A stretch of 64,000 bases of DNA from Thermoplasmatota archaeon (GTDB taxonomy: Archaea; Thermoplasmatota; JAKEGO01): contig JANQNK010000006.1 in assembly GCA_028279595.1 (NCBI GenBank), positions 128,001-192,000 on the forward strand, read 5' to 3'. Below the pieces are notes generated by a model, which did no database searches, had not been told where the DNA came from, and worked only from the letters and a program-made list of their open reading frames with translations. The translations under genes were made by a program, and so were the position numbers. Below are positions 28,640 to 38,123 of this stretch, piece after piece. Position 1 is the first letter of the stretch; each line of letters starts with the position of its first letter.

Positions 28640-31063
28640 ATGAAGTGGAACGTACGTTTGGTCAACGGCTCCTACCGGCGCAGCGATCGCGCCGTGACGG
28701 TAGAGCTGTTCGGCCGTACGGACGACGGACGTTCCGCAACGATCCTATACGACGGTTTCCGGCCATACTTCGTCCTTGTGGAACCCCCTGCTGACGTCAT
28801 CGAGGAGCTGGAGTCCGATACGGACGCCGAGATGGAGAACCTGACGCTCTGGGTGGAGGGCGCTGACCGTGAATGCATGAAGGTGACGGTGAGGTTCCCG
28901 TGGACCGTTCCCGATTACCGCCGGCGTTTCTCCGACAGATGCCAGGTCATGGCGGCCGACATCCCGTTCTACCAGAGGTTCATCTACGACATGGACCTGG
29001 GATCGTGCACTGCGGTCGAGGGCACCGAGGTGACCGACGACTCCAGGAACATGTACACGACCGAACTGGTGATCCAGGCCGAATCCTTCCTCGAGGCGGA
29101 ACCCTTCAAGCCTCCCCTGTCGATCCTGTCGATAGACATTGAGAACAGGATAGAGAAGGTCCTCCACGACGGACGTATCCTCGTCATCGGATGGGCCTAC
29201 CGGCGCGTGGACGGAGAGCTCGAGACCGGCCGCCTCCTGTCCGAGAACGAGGGTGAGATGATCCGTAACCTCGTCGAACTGGTGGCCAAGACCGATCCCG
29301 ATGTCATCACCGGATACAACATCGAGGGGTACGACCTGCCGTTCATCGCCGCCAGGGGCGGTCGGTACGGACATCCCTTGGCGATCGGGAGGGACCGGTC
29401 GGAGGCCCGCGAGGGTGGGTCCGGCGGCTACTATCAGCGCGTTAAGGGGAGGGTCGTCGCCGACGCATGGAAGGCGGTCAAACGCGAGGTCCGTCCGAAG
29501 AAGGAGACGCTCGGTTATGTTTCGCAGCTGCTGATCGGCGAGACGAAGCACGATGTCGATTCTAGGAAGATGAACCAGCTGTGGGAGACCGAACGTGACA
29601 AGGTGGTCGAATACTGCATCAACGATGCGGTGATCACATTGAAGATCCTCGAGAAGCTCAACGTCCTCGACAAGGGAATGGACCTGGCGACGGTGTCGAA
29701 GGTCCCGCTCGACGACGTTGTCAACGGGCGTACCTCGTCGCTCATCGATTCCATACTCATACGGAAGGCGGACCGCGAGAACATAGGTGTTCCAGTCACC
29801 CATCGCCGATCGTCCGATAGCAAGATCGAAGGCGGGTACGTCCACAGCATCAGGGCCGGACTGTATCACTGGGTATGCGTCCTCGACTTCAAATCGATGT
29901 ATCCCAGCGTTATCATCGGCAACAACATCTGTTTCACCACGCTCAGCGACGAAGGCACGATACAGAGCCCGATAGGCGTCCGATTCCTGACGAAGGACAA
30001 AAGGGAAGGGCTCCTGCCGCGCATCCTCGAGGACCTCATGCGCCAGAGGGACCTCTTCAAGAGGCTGAGGAACGAGGCCCAGGACGAGGAGATGGAGAAC
30101 TACTACAACGGCCTCCAGGACGCGGTCAAGATCCTCATGAACTCCTTCTACGGCGTGTTCGCATCGAGCTTCTACCGGTTCACAGACAAGAACATCGGCG
30201 CCTCGATCACGGCATTCTCGAGGGAGAACATCAAGCGCATCATCAAGGGCCTCGAGGACGAGGGGTACGAGGTCGTCTACTCGGACACCGACAGCATATT
30301 CGTCCTGTCCCCGGTGGCCGAACTCAACGGGTCGGTGGAGTTCGGCGAGACCATGGCGAAGAGGTACACCGAGGGTTCGATCGTACTGGAATTCGAGAAG
30401 ATCCTCGACCCGCTCTTCTCGCACGGTGCCAAGAAGAGGTACGTGGGCAAGGTGGTGTGGCCGACCGAGCAGATGCTGGTCCGGGGATACGAGACGCGCC
30501 GGACCGACTCCTTCGACATGCAGACCGACGCGCTCAACGAGATCTTCAAGCTCGTCCTCGACGGTATGACGGATGAGGCCGTCCAGCGGGCAAAGGAGAT
30601 CGTACTCGACATCAGGAAGGGGAATGTCGAGCCCGAGAGGCTGGTCATCTCCAGGTCATGCCAGCCCTTCGAGACCTACAAGAACCCGGAACGACTCGCA
30701 TGGGTGCAGACCGCGAAGAAGATGATGGACCGCGGTTTCGAGTTCGTACCCGGAATGAAGGTGTCCTGGATCGTGACGAACGCGAAAGAGACGCCTCAGC
30801 GGGTCGAACCATTCGTTGATGACGTCGACTTCGAATACGAGCCCGACTGGAACTATTACGCACACAGGGTCGCAACCTCCCTCGCGAGGGTGACGGACGT
30901 CTTCGGTTGGGACGACAAGGCGCTCCTTGAGGGGCGACAGCAGAAGACGCTCGGCAGTTTCACGGGGGATGAGGAAGACCCGCAGGTGCATCAGGAGGAT
31001 GTCATACTGGACGTCGTCCCTGAAAAGAAGGTGAAGGTTAGATCACTGGAAGATTTCCTCTAG
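28640..31063 (+). CDS. polB: Family B DNA polymerase (no intein)
   Basis: Exonuclease SIDIE / GYN..GYD / YC..D; polymerase DFKSMYPS, KILMNSFYG, YSDTDS and KKRY; PIP-like QKTLGSF. Confidence 0.96.
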   Translation: MKWNVRLVNGSYRRSDRAVTVELFGRTDDGRSATILYDGFRPYFVLVEPPADVIEELESDTDAEMENLTLWVEGADRECMKVTVRFPWTVPDYRRRFSDRCQVMAADIPFYQRFIYDMDLGSCTAVEGTEVTDDSRNMYTTELVIQAESFLEAEPFKPPLSILSIDIENRIEKVLHDGRILVIGWAYRRVDGELETGRLLSENEGEMIRNLVELVAKTDPDVITGYNIEGYDLPFIAARGGRYGHPLAIGRDRSEAREGGSGGYYQRVKGRVVADAWKAVKREVRPKKETLGYVSQLLIGETKHDVDSRKMNQLWETERDKVVEYCINDAVITLKILEKLNVLDKGMDLATVSKVPLDDVVNGRTSSLIDSILIRKADRENIGVPVTHRRSSDSKIEGGYVHSIRAGLYHWVCVLDFKSMYPSVIIGNNICFTTLSDEGTIQSPIGVRFLTKDKREGLLPRILEDLMRQRDLFKRLRNEAQDEEMENYYNGLQDAVKILMNSFYGVFASSFYRFTDKNIGASITAFSRENIKRIIKGLEDEGYEVVYSDTDSIFVLSPVAELNGSVEFGETMAKRYTEGSIVLEFEKILDPLFSHGAKKRYVGKVVWPTEQMLVRGYETRRTDSFDMQTDALNEIFKLVLDGMTDEAVQRAKEIVLDIRKGNVEPERLVISRSCQPFETYKNPERLAWVQTAKKMMDRGFEFVPGMKVSWIVTNAKETPQRVEPFVDDVDFEYEPDWNYYAHRVATSLARVTDVFGWDDKALLEGRQQKTLGSFTGDEEDPQVHQEDVILDVVPEKKVKVRSLEDFL

Positions 31064-31086
31064 GCTCGAATAGGGTAACGTCCTCT

Positions 31087-31887
31087 CTAAAGACCGTCTG
31101 CATATTCTCTGAAAGCGGGATCGGTCTCGCCGATGGTCGGCCTGAACGGTCTCGATGCGGCGACCGTTTCGGGGTCCAGGTTCACGGATACGATCCCTTC
31201 CTCGAAGTAAGGTCCTTTGGCTATGAGGTTGCCTCTCGGGTCCAGTGCCTGACATCCGCCCCAGAAGACAAGGCTCTTCTCCGTACCCACGAGGTTGGTG
31301 TAGAGTGAATAGATGGTGTTCTCTATCGACCGCGCCGGAAGGACACGCTCGAAGTAGATCCGAGTGACGGACGGCGAGGCGGACATGTCGACGATCGCGT
31401 CGACGCCCCTCATCGCGTATGCCTTGACGAGCTCGGGGAAGAACACGTCGAAGCAGATGATGATGCCGAAGGTCATACCGCCGAGTTCGAACGTCGTGAG
31501 TCCCTTCCCGGGACGGAAGTAGTACCTTTCGTCGAAAGGACCGAAGTTGACGAGATGGTGCTTGTAATAGACATCGACCTCGCCGCCAGGGGCCACGTGG
31601 ACGGCGGAATTGTGGACATAGCCTCGGTCGCCCGCCCTCAGCGGAAGACCCGCGAGGATCGAGGCTCCGTGTTCTGCCGATATCTTCTTCAATCGCGCTA
31701 TCGACGGGCCATCCACGGTCTCGGCCATGGTGTAGTTGTCATCGAGCAATGAATAACCGGTCACCGACATCTCTGGAAAGATGTACATATCATGGTCGCC
31801 GGCGGAAACGATCTCCTCGGTCCTGTCGAGGTTGGTCTCCTTGTCGCGGAGCGCAGGCCTGAACTGGGCGAGGGCCGCGCGGACCGT
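31087..31887 (-). CDS. Carbon-nitrogen hydrolase (nitrilase family); probable ACG start upstream of the ORF-track start
   Basis: Catalytic triad in IFPE, YYK.HL and IICFD; the in-frame first strand VRAALAQF...DKETNL lies upstream of ATG 31788. Confidence 0.85.
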   Translation of the reverse strand, partial: TVRAALAQFRPALRDKETNLDRTEEIVSAGDHDMYIFPEMSVTGYSLLDDNYTMAETVDGPSIARLKKISAEHGASILAGLPLRAGDRGYVHNSAVHVAPGGEVDVYYKHHLVNFGPFDERYYFRPGKGLTTFELGGMTFGIIICFDVFFPELVKAYAMRGVDAIVDMSASPSVTRIYFERVLPARSIENTIYSLYTNLVGTEKSLVFWGGCQALDPRGNLIAKGPYFEEGIVSVNLDPETVAASRPFRPTIGETDPAFREYADGL

Positions 31888-31891
31888 CCAA

Positions 31892-32053
31892 TCACTTCCC
31901 GGACGTGAACTCGGTGTAACCGCAGGCGCCGCAGGACTTCCTGTCCTTGTGCTCGGCGAGGAAGATGCCGGGGCCGCATCTCGGGCACTCGGTCTTGAGG
32001 CGCTCGATGCCGTCGCCGACCTTGTAGAAATCGCCCTTCTTTATGGATGTCAT
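31892..32053 (-). CDS. rps27ae: 30S ribosomal protein S27ae, 53 aa; not in the ORF track
   Basis: [12 protein letters not shown]...[27 protein letters not shown]; follows rps24e. Confidence 0.97.
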   Translation of the reverse strand: MTSIKKGDFYKVGDGIERLKTECPRCGPGIFLAEHKDRKSCGACGYTEFTSGK

Positions 32054-32054
32054 T

Positions 32055-32597
32055 TCACTCATCCTCCTTGACTTCCCCTTCGGGGTCCTCAGCGTCCGGT
32101 TCTTCTGCCGGGGCTTCCTCTACGGCCTCGGGTTCAGGTTCTTCCGCAGGCTCCTCGGCCGGTTCCTCCTCTGCTGGAGGCTCTTCCGCAGCTGGTTCCT
32201 CGGCGGGTTTCTCCTCGGCCTTCTCCTCGGCGGGGGCCTCTTCGGCCGGTTCCTCGGCCGGAGCCTTGGGTGCCGGCGCCGCTTCGGGTGCCTTCTCCTC
32301 TGTCCCCTCGTCTGCCGTCTGAACGCTCGCCCTCTTGAGGATGTGATCCCTCTCAGTCTTGAGCATCATCTCCTCGGTCTTGTAGGCCTTCGCGTAGCCC
32401 TTGGTCTCGGATATACCGAACTCGACGTCGAGATGGTCGACTATGACAAGGCCCTTCTTGGTGCCAAGCAGCGCTGCGATCTCGCCCCGGACGACCGACC
32501 TCTTCGGCGTCCTCTCCTTGGGGTGGGCGATCCTGAATCGGACCTCGGTCCGCTTCAGAAGCGGATTCTCCTTCTGGGAGGTGATCTCTATCTCCAT
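32055..32597 (-). CDS. rps24e: 30S ribosomal protein S24e with a long acidic E/A/P tail
   Basis: MEIEI...ENPLLKR.E...TP.R...FG....GYAK.Y. Confidence 0.95.
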   Translation of the reverse strand: MEIEITSQKENPLLKRTEVRFRIAHPKERTPKRSVVRGEIAALLGTKKGLVIVDHLDVEFGISETKGYAKAYKTEEMMLKTERDHILKRASVQTADEGTEEKAPEAAPAPKAPAEEPAEEAPAEEKAEEKPAEEPAAEEPPAEEEPAEEPAEEPEPEAVEEAPAEEPDAEDPEGEVKEDE

Positions 32598-32694
32598 GAT
32601 ATCACACCGCCTAATGCGATGGGTATTATAAGGTTTGCTACGGACGATGAACGCTCCAAAACCCTTTTCTACCGGACCGGCCATGGGCGGAACG

Positions 32695-32913
32695 ATGCAG
32701 AGGCCACTCGATACCCTCAGGAACAACATCGGCAAGCGCGTCATAGTCACCCTGAGGATGGGACGCGAGTACCGTGGAATGCTGGACGGCTACGATCCGC
32801 ACATGAACATCGTGCTGAAGCAGTCCGAGGAGTACGTAGAGGGCGAGAAGGTGGCCACGGCGGCGGTCCAGATCATCCGGGGAGACAATGTCGTGTACAT
32901 CTCACCCCCTTGA
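32695..32913 (+). CDS. Sm-like archaeal protein (SmAP/Lsm)
   Basis: RPLD.L, G.L.GYD.HMN.VL (Sm1) and IIRGDNVVYISP (Sm2). Confidence 0.95.
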   Translation: MQRPLDTLRNNIGKRVIVTLRMGREYRGMLDGYDPHMNIVLKQSEEYVEGEKVATAAVQIIRGDNVVYISPP

Positions 32914-33015
32914 CCCTCTCCCCCCATGCTGGCCAGTGCATTTGACGATTCCATGTGTTCAAATAGCCTTAAATAGCATTTTTTACATAATACGGACATC
33001 AATCGGAGGGATAAC

Positions 33016-33192
33016 ATGGCGAAGAATGTGGTAGGAACGGTCATCGAAGAGGTTTCGGGCCAGGTCGGCAACGTGCTCGCTCTGGCAAAGGAGCTGGAGG
33101 GAAAGCAGGTCGAGGTGAAGCTGAAGTTCGAGAACCTGTCCCTCAACGGCGACATCGCGCTCTCCTTCATTCCCGTGAAGAAGGAGTCGTAG
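33016..33192 (+). CDS. Small hypothetical protein, 58 aa; not in the ORF track
   Basis: TATA and GGAGGG SD; host-like codon usage; MAKNVVGTVIEEVSGQ...NGDIALSFIPVKKES*. Confidence 0.75.
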   Translation: MAKNVVGTVIEEVSGQVGNVLALAKELEGKQVEVKLKFENLSLNGDIALSFIPVKKES

Positions 33193-33194
33193 AA

Positions 33195-33767
33195 TTGAAC
33201 CGTGGAATAGCCTTCTATCTGGACCTGATGGACCTCATAGCGGACGGTTCCGTTACGGTCCAATTACACAAGAACGAGAACATAGCCAAGCTTACCGTGT
33301 CCAGGGACGAGATAGTCGCCGATATCGGTAAGGCGGGCATGGCATACGATATTCTGCACCCTATGTTAGTCGTCCGCAAGGACGGCAAGGAGATAAAGGC
33401 GGAGAAACGCGGGAAGAAATGGCGCTCCAACACCATGTTGATAAAGCGCTTCCTGAAACTCTTCGAGGGGATCGAGGAGACCTTCGTCGAGAAGGGAAAG
33501 GTCCTGAGGATCAGGTTCAAGGGTACCGACGTGCTCGTCATCGGTCCCGAGGAGGGAAGCCTCGTCGCCAAGATGGCCGGGCTCAAGAACACCTCGCTGC
33601 CTCACAAGGTCCACCTGCTCCTGCTAGCCAAGGACTTCTGGCTGTCGAGACCCGATGAGAAGAAGGGGGAGCCCGACAAGGATATCCCGGCGGAGAGGCC
33701 GAAGAGGACCAAGAAGCCCGTCAAGAAGAAACGGAAGGGATTCCTGGGCAGGATATTCAACCGGTGA
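33195..33767 (+). CDS. Hypothetical protein with a basic amphipathic C-terminus
   Basis: TTG start 2 nt after the previous stop; ends KKKRKGFLGRIFNR. Confidence 0.7.
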   Translation: MNRGIAFYLDLMDLIADGSVTVQLHKNENIAKLTVSRDEIVADIGKAGMAYDILHPMLVVRKDGKEIKAEKRGKKWRSNTMLIKRFLKLFEGIEETFVEKGKVLRIRFKGTDVLVIGPEEGSLVAKMAGLKNTSLPHKVHLLLLAKDFWLSRPDEKKGEPDKDIPAERPKRTKKPVKKKRKGFLGRIFNR

Positions 33768-33799
33768 ACCCCCGGAACGTTGAGAATTGCACCATTGCC

Positions 33800-34294
33800 C
33801 TATTCGGAAGTCTCCTTCCACTCGTTGAACGTCATCTCCAGGGCCTGGTTCGGGGTCAGGCCGTCAAGGTAATCCTTCACTGTCGATGACCATTCCGTCT
33901 CGAACTTGGCCACCAGTTCGGGGAACTCCTCGTCCGTGGGAAGGCGCTCACCATGGGTATCAACGAACTCTCTCTGGAACTCGTCCATGATGTCGATGGA
34001 GAACCTCTGATTGAGGAGCTCGATCTGGAGGTAGTGGTCCATGTTCATCGATATCACCATGGCCTCCTCGGGGGGGACTATCGTGAGTATGTTCTCCAGG
34101 ATGTCGAAGGATATTATCCTGTAGAGTTCGGTGAACCGTTCGGTCGAGATGTCATCGGGGAGGTCCTCGAAGAGGTCCGATGACCACAGGTCGGCCATGA
34201 TGCGGGACCTCATCACGTTCCGTCTCAGAGTGTCCGTGAACATGTCAACGAACTCCTCCTTGTCTGAAGTGACTGGATCAATTCCTTCTGACAG
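33800..34294 (-). CDS. Hypothetical acidic protein co-transcribed with cdc6; start is CTG 34294 or ATG 34243
   Basis: Open frame with host codon usage; W......LDGLTP.QA motif near the C-terminus. Confidence 0.7.
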   Translation of the reverse strand: MSEGIDPVTSDKEEFVDMFTDTLRRNVMRSRIMADLWSSDLFEDLPDDISTERFTELYRIISFDILENILTIVPPEEAMVISMNMDHYLQIELLNQRFSIDIMDEFQREFVDTHGERLPTDEEFPELVAKFETEWSSTVKDYLDGLTPNQALEMTFNEWKETSE

Positions 34295-34308
34295 ATCAAT
34301 ACCCCCGA

Positions 34309-35571
34309 TCAGATGAGCGACATCTGCTTCCAGCCATCGATATCCTTCCCCTTAATTGTGTCGATGAGCTCATTGAGGAACTGGTCGGTGCGGAGGACGG
34401 TCTTCACGAGGTCGGGGTCCACGGCCATCTCTATCTCCTTGGTGCGGCCGTAGCGGCCCTTGGAGATCAATTTCGCAGTGATTATCCCGAGCATGTCGAG
34501 TTCCGAGACCATTCCCGAGATGCTCCTCTGGGTCAGGACGTTCATGTTCAGCCTTCTCGCTAGGTAATTGTATGTCCTGTAGACCTCGCCCGTGATGAGC
34601 TTCTCCCCGGACGAGAGGTCCTCCAGGGTGATCGCGAGCAGGACGAGCTTCTGCTGAAGCGGAAGGTCCGAAATGACCTCGGCAACGACGTCCTTCTCTA
34701 TCTGGACCGTCGCCATGCGGACGTGGTCCTCCTCGATCTTCTCGTCGCCCTCCCTGTTGGTGATCTCGGCGGCGATCCTCAGGAGGTCGATGGCCTTCCT
34801 CGCGTCTCCGTTCTCCTCGGCGGCAAGTGCCGCGCAGAGGTTGATCACACCGCTGTCCCACGAACCGGGTCTGAGCGAGTTCTCGGCCCTGTCTGCGAGT
34901 ATGTCGAAGAGCTGCGATGCCTTGTAGGGTTTGAAGGTTATCCTCTCCTCACCAAGACGCGAGCGAACCTTGGGGTTGAGGAGCTCAGTGAACCGGAGGT
35001 CGTTGGAGATCCCGATGATGGAGACCTTCGCCTCCGAAAGGTCGGTGTTCATTGTGGAAAGGTAATAGAGGACATCGTCACCGCTGTTGTAGAAGAGCTG
35101 ATCGACCTCGTCGAGGAATATGATAGCGACGCCGTTCTCCTGGTCAATGCGCTGCTTGAGCTGGTCGTAGACCTTCTCCGTCGGCCAACCCGTGAAGGGA
35201 ATGAGGTCCTTCCCCCAGTTCTTGATGAAGCTGTTCCCGATGTTCGCGAGTACGCCGTAGGTCGTGTTCACGATCTTGCAGTTGATGTAGATGTGGGTGA
35301 CCTTCTGCTTGAGCCCGGAGTCGCGCCTGTTGATCTTGTCGATCTCCCGGCCGATGTACTTGGCGACCGCGGTCTTCCCCGTTCCGGTCTGCCCGTAGAT
35401 GAACATGTTCGAGGGTGTCTCACCCCTCAGAGCGGTCGAGAGAACTGCCGCGAGCTGGTTGATCTCATGGTCCCTGTGAAGGAGCCTTTCAGGTGTGTGA
35501 GAAGCCCTTAGAACCTCCCGGTTCCGAAAGATGGACTCTCCATTGAGGTACCTGTCGAAGATCGTTTCCAT
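34309..35571 (-). CDS. cdc6: Orc1/Cdc6 replication initiator
   Basis: IF.NRE.L, Walker A GQTGTGKT, LDEVD, GDARKAIDLL and C-terminal wH KGRYGRT motifs. Confidence 0.97.
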   Translation of the reverse strand: METIFDRYLNGESIFRNREVLRASHTPERLLHRDHEINQLAAVLSTALRGETPSNMFIYGQTGTGKTAVAKYIGREIDKINRRDSGLKQKVTHIYINCKIVNTTYGVLANIGNSFIKNWGKDLIPFTGWPTEKVYDQLKQRIDQENGVAIIFLDEVDQLFYNSGDDVLYYLSTMNTDLSEAKVSIIGISNDLRFTELLNPKVRSRLGEERITFKPYKASQLFDILADRAENSLRPGSWDSGVINLCAALAAEENGDARKAIDLLRIAAEITNREGDEKIEEDHVRMATVQIEKDVVAEVISDLPLQQKLVLLAITLEDLSSGEKLITGEVYRTYNYLARRLNMNVLTQRSISGMVSELDMLGIITAKLISKGRYGRTKEIEMAVDPDLVKTVLRTDQFLNELIDTIKGKDIDGWKQMSLI

Positions 35572-35611
35572 TACATCCCAGCCTCACTGCGATAGCCCTC
35601 GCAGACATGTG

Positions 35612-35830
35612 ATGTCCACGAGAAACCCCCCTGTTCATTTCCATAAAGGACGGACCCTATTTATGCCTTTTGAATGACACTGTTTAACACGCCACGGGGG
35701 TGTTGATAACTATTGAGATTGCTGTATGAATTTAATAATTCGTATAATAACTAAACAATCAATTAATATTGTTGGATGGTCGAGTTATTTCAGCATATCA
35801 TTCAATAATTAGTCAAAACTTATTATCTCC
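35612..35830. other. Candidate replication origin (ORB-like boxes plus an AT-rich unwinding element) upstream of cdc6
   Basis: TCCACGAGAAAC (35615-35626, +), ATGGAAATGAACAGGGGGG (minus strand, 35626-35644) and a strongly AT-rich stretch at ~35705-35830. Confidence 0.6.
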
Positions 35831-35887
35831 GATCAGGGCTCGAATACGTTCGTTAGATTTATCTACGACGGCGGCGGTCCACTGGCA

Positions 35888-37654
35888 ATGGAGGATGATG
35901 AGGTCGGCCGGATCCGCAAGGTCGTGGAGCGGCGTTTCCGTGTCTACGACGTCCGCTGGGACGAGTCCGGGGTGATGTTCTACATAACGCTCACACCTCC
36001 GGAACGCAAGGACTTCCAGGCCGTTCAGGAGGAACTATCGAGGATCGGCTACATTGCCGGATTGAGGAAGCTTCGGGGTGAGGACATCATCATCGTCGGG
36101 ACCCGGAAGGTGCAGAAGGAGAGCAAGCCCTTCCTAAATGTCGCCCTGCTGATACTGACGATATTCACGACGATAATCGCAGGCTCGATCATGTGGATGA
36201 CGGGCTACGGCGACGGCAACGAGATATGGGACGCCTTCCTGCCCGAGAACATGTTGATGGGCGGCCTTACGTTCGCCCTTCCTCTGATGTTCATCCTCGG
36301 GGTCCATGAGATGGGGCATTATCTCATGGCGAAACGGTACGGGATGAACGCCTCGCTCCCGTACTTCATTCCGGCGCCGCCGATACCGTTCGGGACCTTT
36401 GGCGCCTTCATCAGCATCAGGGACCCGATGCCCAACAGGAAGGCGTTGTTCGACATCGGGATCGCGGGTCCTCTTGCAGGGTTCATAGCCGCCGTCCCCG
36501 TTATCATCATTGGTCTACTCCTGAGCACAGGCGAGGTAAGCGACATAGAGGAATCCGGTGACATGCTGATCTACAACCTTCCTCTCCTCTATCTGATCCT
36601 GATAGAGATAGTACCGCCTCCGGGAACCCTCCTGCATCCTACGGCCTTCGCGGGATGGGTCGGCCTCCTCGTCACGGCGATGAACCTCCTTCCCGTCGGT
36701 CAGCTCGACGGAGGACATATCGCGAGGGCATTCTTCAAGGACAATGCCCGGTATGCAGCTTACGTATCCGTGGGTATTCTCATATTCCTGGGATACTTCT
36801 TCACCGGATGGATATTCTTCGCCCTTCTCATCCTGTTCCTCGGGGTCCAGCATCCGCCGCCACTGGACGACATCACCGACCTCGACGGGAAACGAAAGGC
36901 CCTCGGTGCCGTTGTTCTGATAATCCTCGGTCTGTCATTCGTCCCGATACCACTGGAGACCGTGTACTTCGAGGCGGATGATTATTCTTTCAAGATAGGC
37001 GAGTTCCAGGAGGTCGGCGTGGTCCAGGCAGGCGATGCATGGACCTTCGAGATCCCCGTCGATAATTCCGGTAACAAGAAGGACCTTTTCGATGTCAACA
37101 TCACCCTGAACTCGACTACCTACACGGGTCCAGGTGAATGGACCATAGCGTCAGATCCTCTGAACTTCACATTGGACGAGAAGGAAGATCGGATATTCAA
37201 CCTGTCGATATCTGCTCCCGCTGATGCACTCATCTGGGACAATGCCACCTTCAACATGACCTTCGACATGGACGATGGGCCTAAGCGAACCGTCGAGTTG
37301 ATGGTGGTCGTGGGCGACGTGACGATCGCCATCGAGGACCACGAGGATGTCCTACCGAGGATCGACGATGTCTATCTCGTCATCAACTTCACGCTGATCG
37401 ATTACATCGGACCGGGACCTGTTCTGCTATCGGTGAACTCGTCGAACAGTACTGGATTCCTGAGTCTCGCTGATTCGGCCCCGGTCGACCTGATCAATGG
37501 GTCCATAACAGCCGAACCGATCTCCGAAGGGGATCATTCCCTTCTCATCCGGTTCGATCTTCTCGGGTCGAATACCATCGGGTTCAGGATCGATTCTGCC
37601 GTGTCAGACTTCTTCATGGAGGTCGAAACGACGGTCGTCATGAAGAAGGGTTAA
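35888..37654 (+). CDS. Site-2 (M50) intramembrane metalloprotease with a C-terminal extracellular extension
   Basis: HEMGH, GTFGAFI, IAGPLAG and NLLPVGQLDGGH motifs; ~230-aa beta-rich tail with sequons. Confidence 0.92.
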   Translation: MEDDEVGRIRKVVERRFRVYDVRWDESGVMFYITLTPPERKDFQAVQEELSRIGYIAGLRKLRGEDIIIVGTRKVQKESKPFLNVALLILTIFTTIIAGSIMWMTGYGDGNEIWDAFLPENMLMGGLTFALPLMFILGVHEMGHYLMAKRYGMNASLPYFIPAPPIPFGTFGAFISIRDPMPNRKALFDIGIAGPLAGFIAAVPVIIIGLLLSTGEVSDIEESGDMLIYNLPLLYLILIEIVPPPGTLLHPTAFAGWVGLLVTAMNLLPVGQLDGGHIARAFFKDNARYAAYVSVGILIFLGYFFTGWIFFALLILFLGVQHPPPLDDITDLDGKRKALGAVVLIILGLSFVPIPLETVYFEADDYSFKIGEFQEVGVVQAGDAWTFEIPVDNSGNKKDLFDVNITLNSTTYTGPGEWTIASDPLNFTLDEKEDRIFNLSISAPADALIWDNATFNMTFDMDDGPKRTVELMVVVGDVTIAIEDHEDVLPRIDDVYLVINFTLIDYIGPGPVLLSVNSSNSTGFLSLADSAPVDLINGSITAEPISEGDHSLLIRFDLLGSNTIGFRIDSAVSDFFMEVETTVVMKKG

Positions 37655-37679
37655 ATATCCAGAAGTAATCATCTCGAAC

Positions 37680-38084
37680 ATGGTTTCAGCCGAGAAGAAG
37701 AAGATAGCCAAGAAGGCCGCCGTTTCGTACCTGGGCCTTTCAAGTTCAACCACCAATTTCCCCAAGGGAGTGAGCTTCGAGATCATCGAGGAGAAGGAGG
37801 TCCCGACCGAGGAGGACGGGTTCTTCGACGAGCTTAAGGGCGGGATCGCCAAGATCTGGCGCGAGAACGTCGGAACGATGTCCAAGGTCCCGAGGATGTC
37901 GAACATCGACTTCGCCCATTACGTCAACCAGCTCAGGGCGGAGAGGGGTGCCAAGTCCCTCGAGCTCGACTCGCCGTTGATCGAGAGATGGATGAAGATG
38001 CTCGCGGCATCCGACAAGAAGGTCGTTCTCTGCGAGATCAAGTCCACAGAGGGCAGACGGCTACTCCTCGTCAAGGCGAAATGA
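37680..38084 (+). CDS. Hypothetical protein
   Basis: 134-aa ORF with host codon usage and a TATA-like TTAAAT ~25 nt upstream. Confidence 0.7.
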   Translation: MVSAEKKKIAKKAAVSYLGLSSSTTNFPKGVSFEIIEEKEVPTEEDGFFDELKGGIAKIWRENVGTMSKVPRMSNIDFAHYVNQLRAERGAKSLELDSPLIERWMKMLAASDKKVVLCEIKSTEGRRLLLVKAK

Positions 38085-38123
38085 GACGATAATCCTTTTA
38101 ACGCCCACCGGGGATTCGTTACC

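Noticed and set aside
32055-32320. Short tandem repeats resembling a CRISPR or VNTR array
   Set aside because: They encode the EEPAEE low-complexity tail of S24e; there is no constant repeat with unique spacers.
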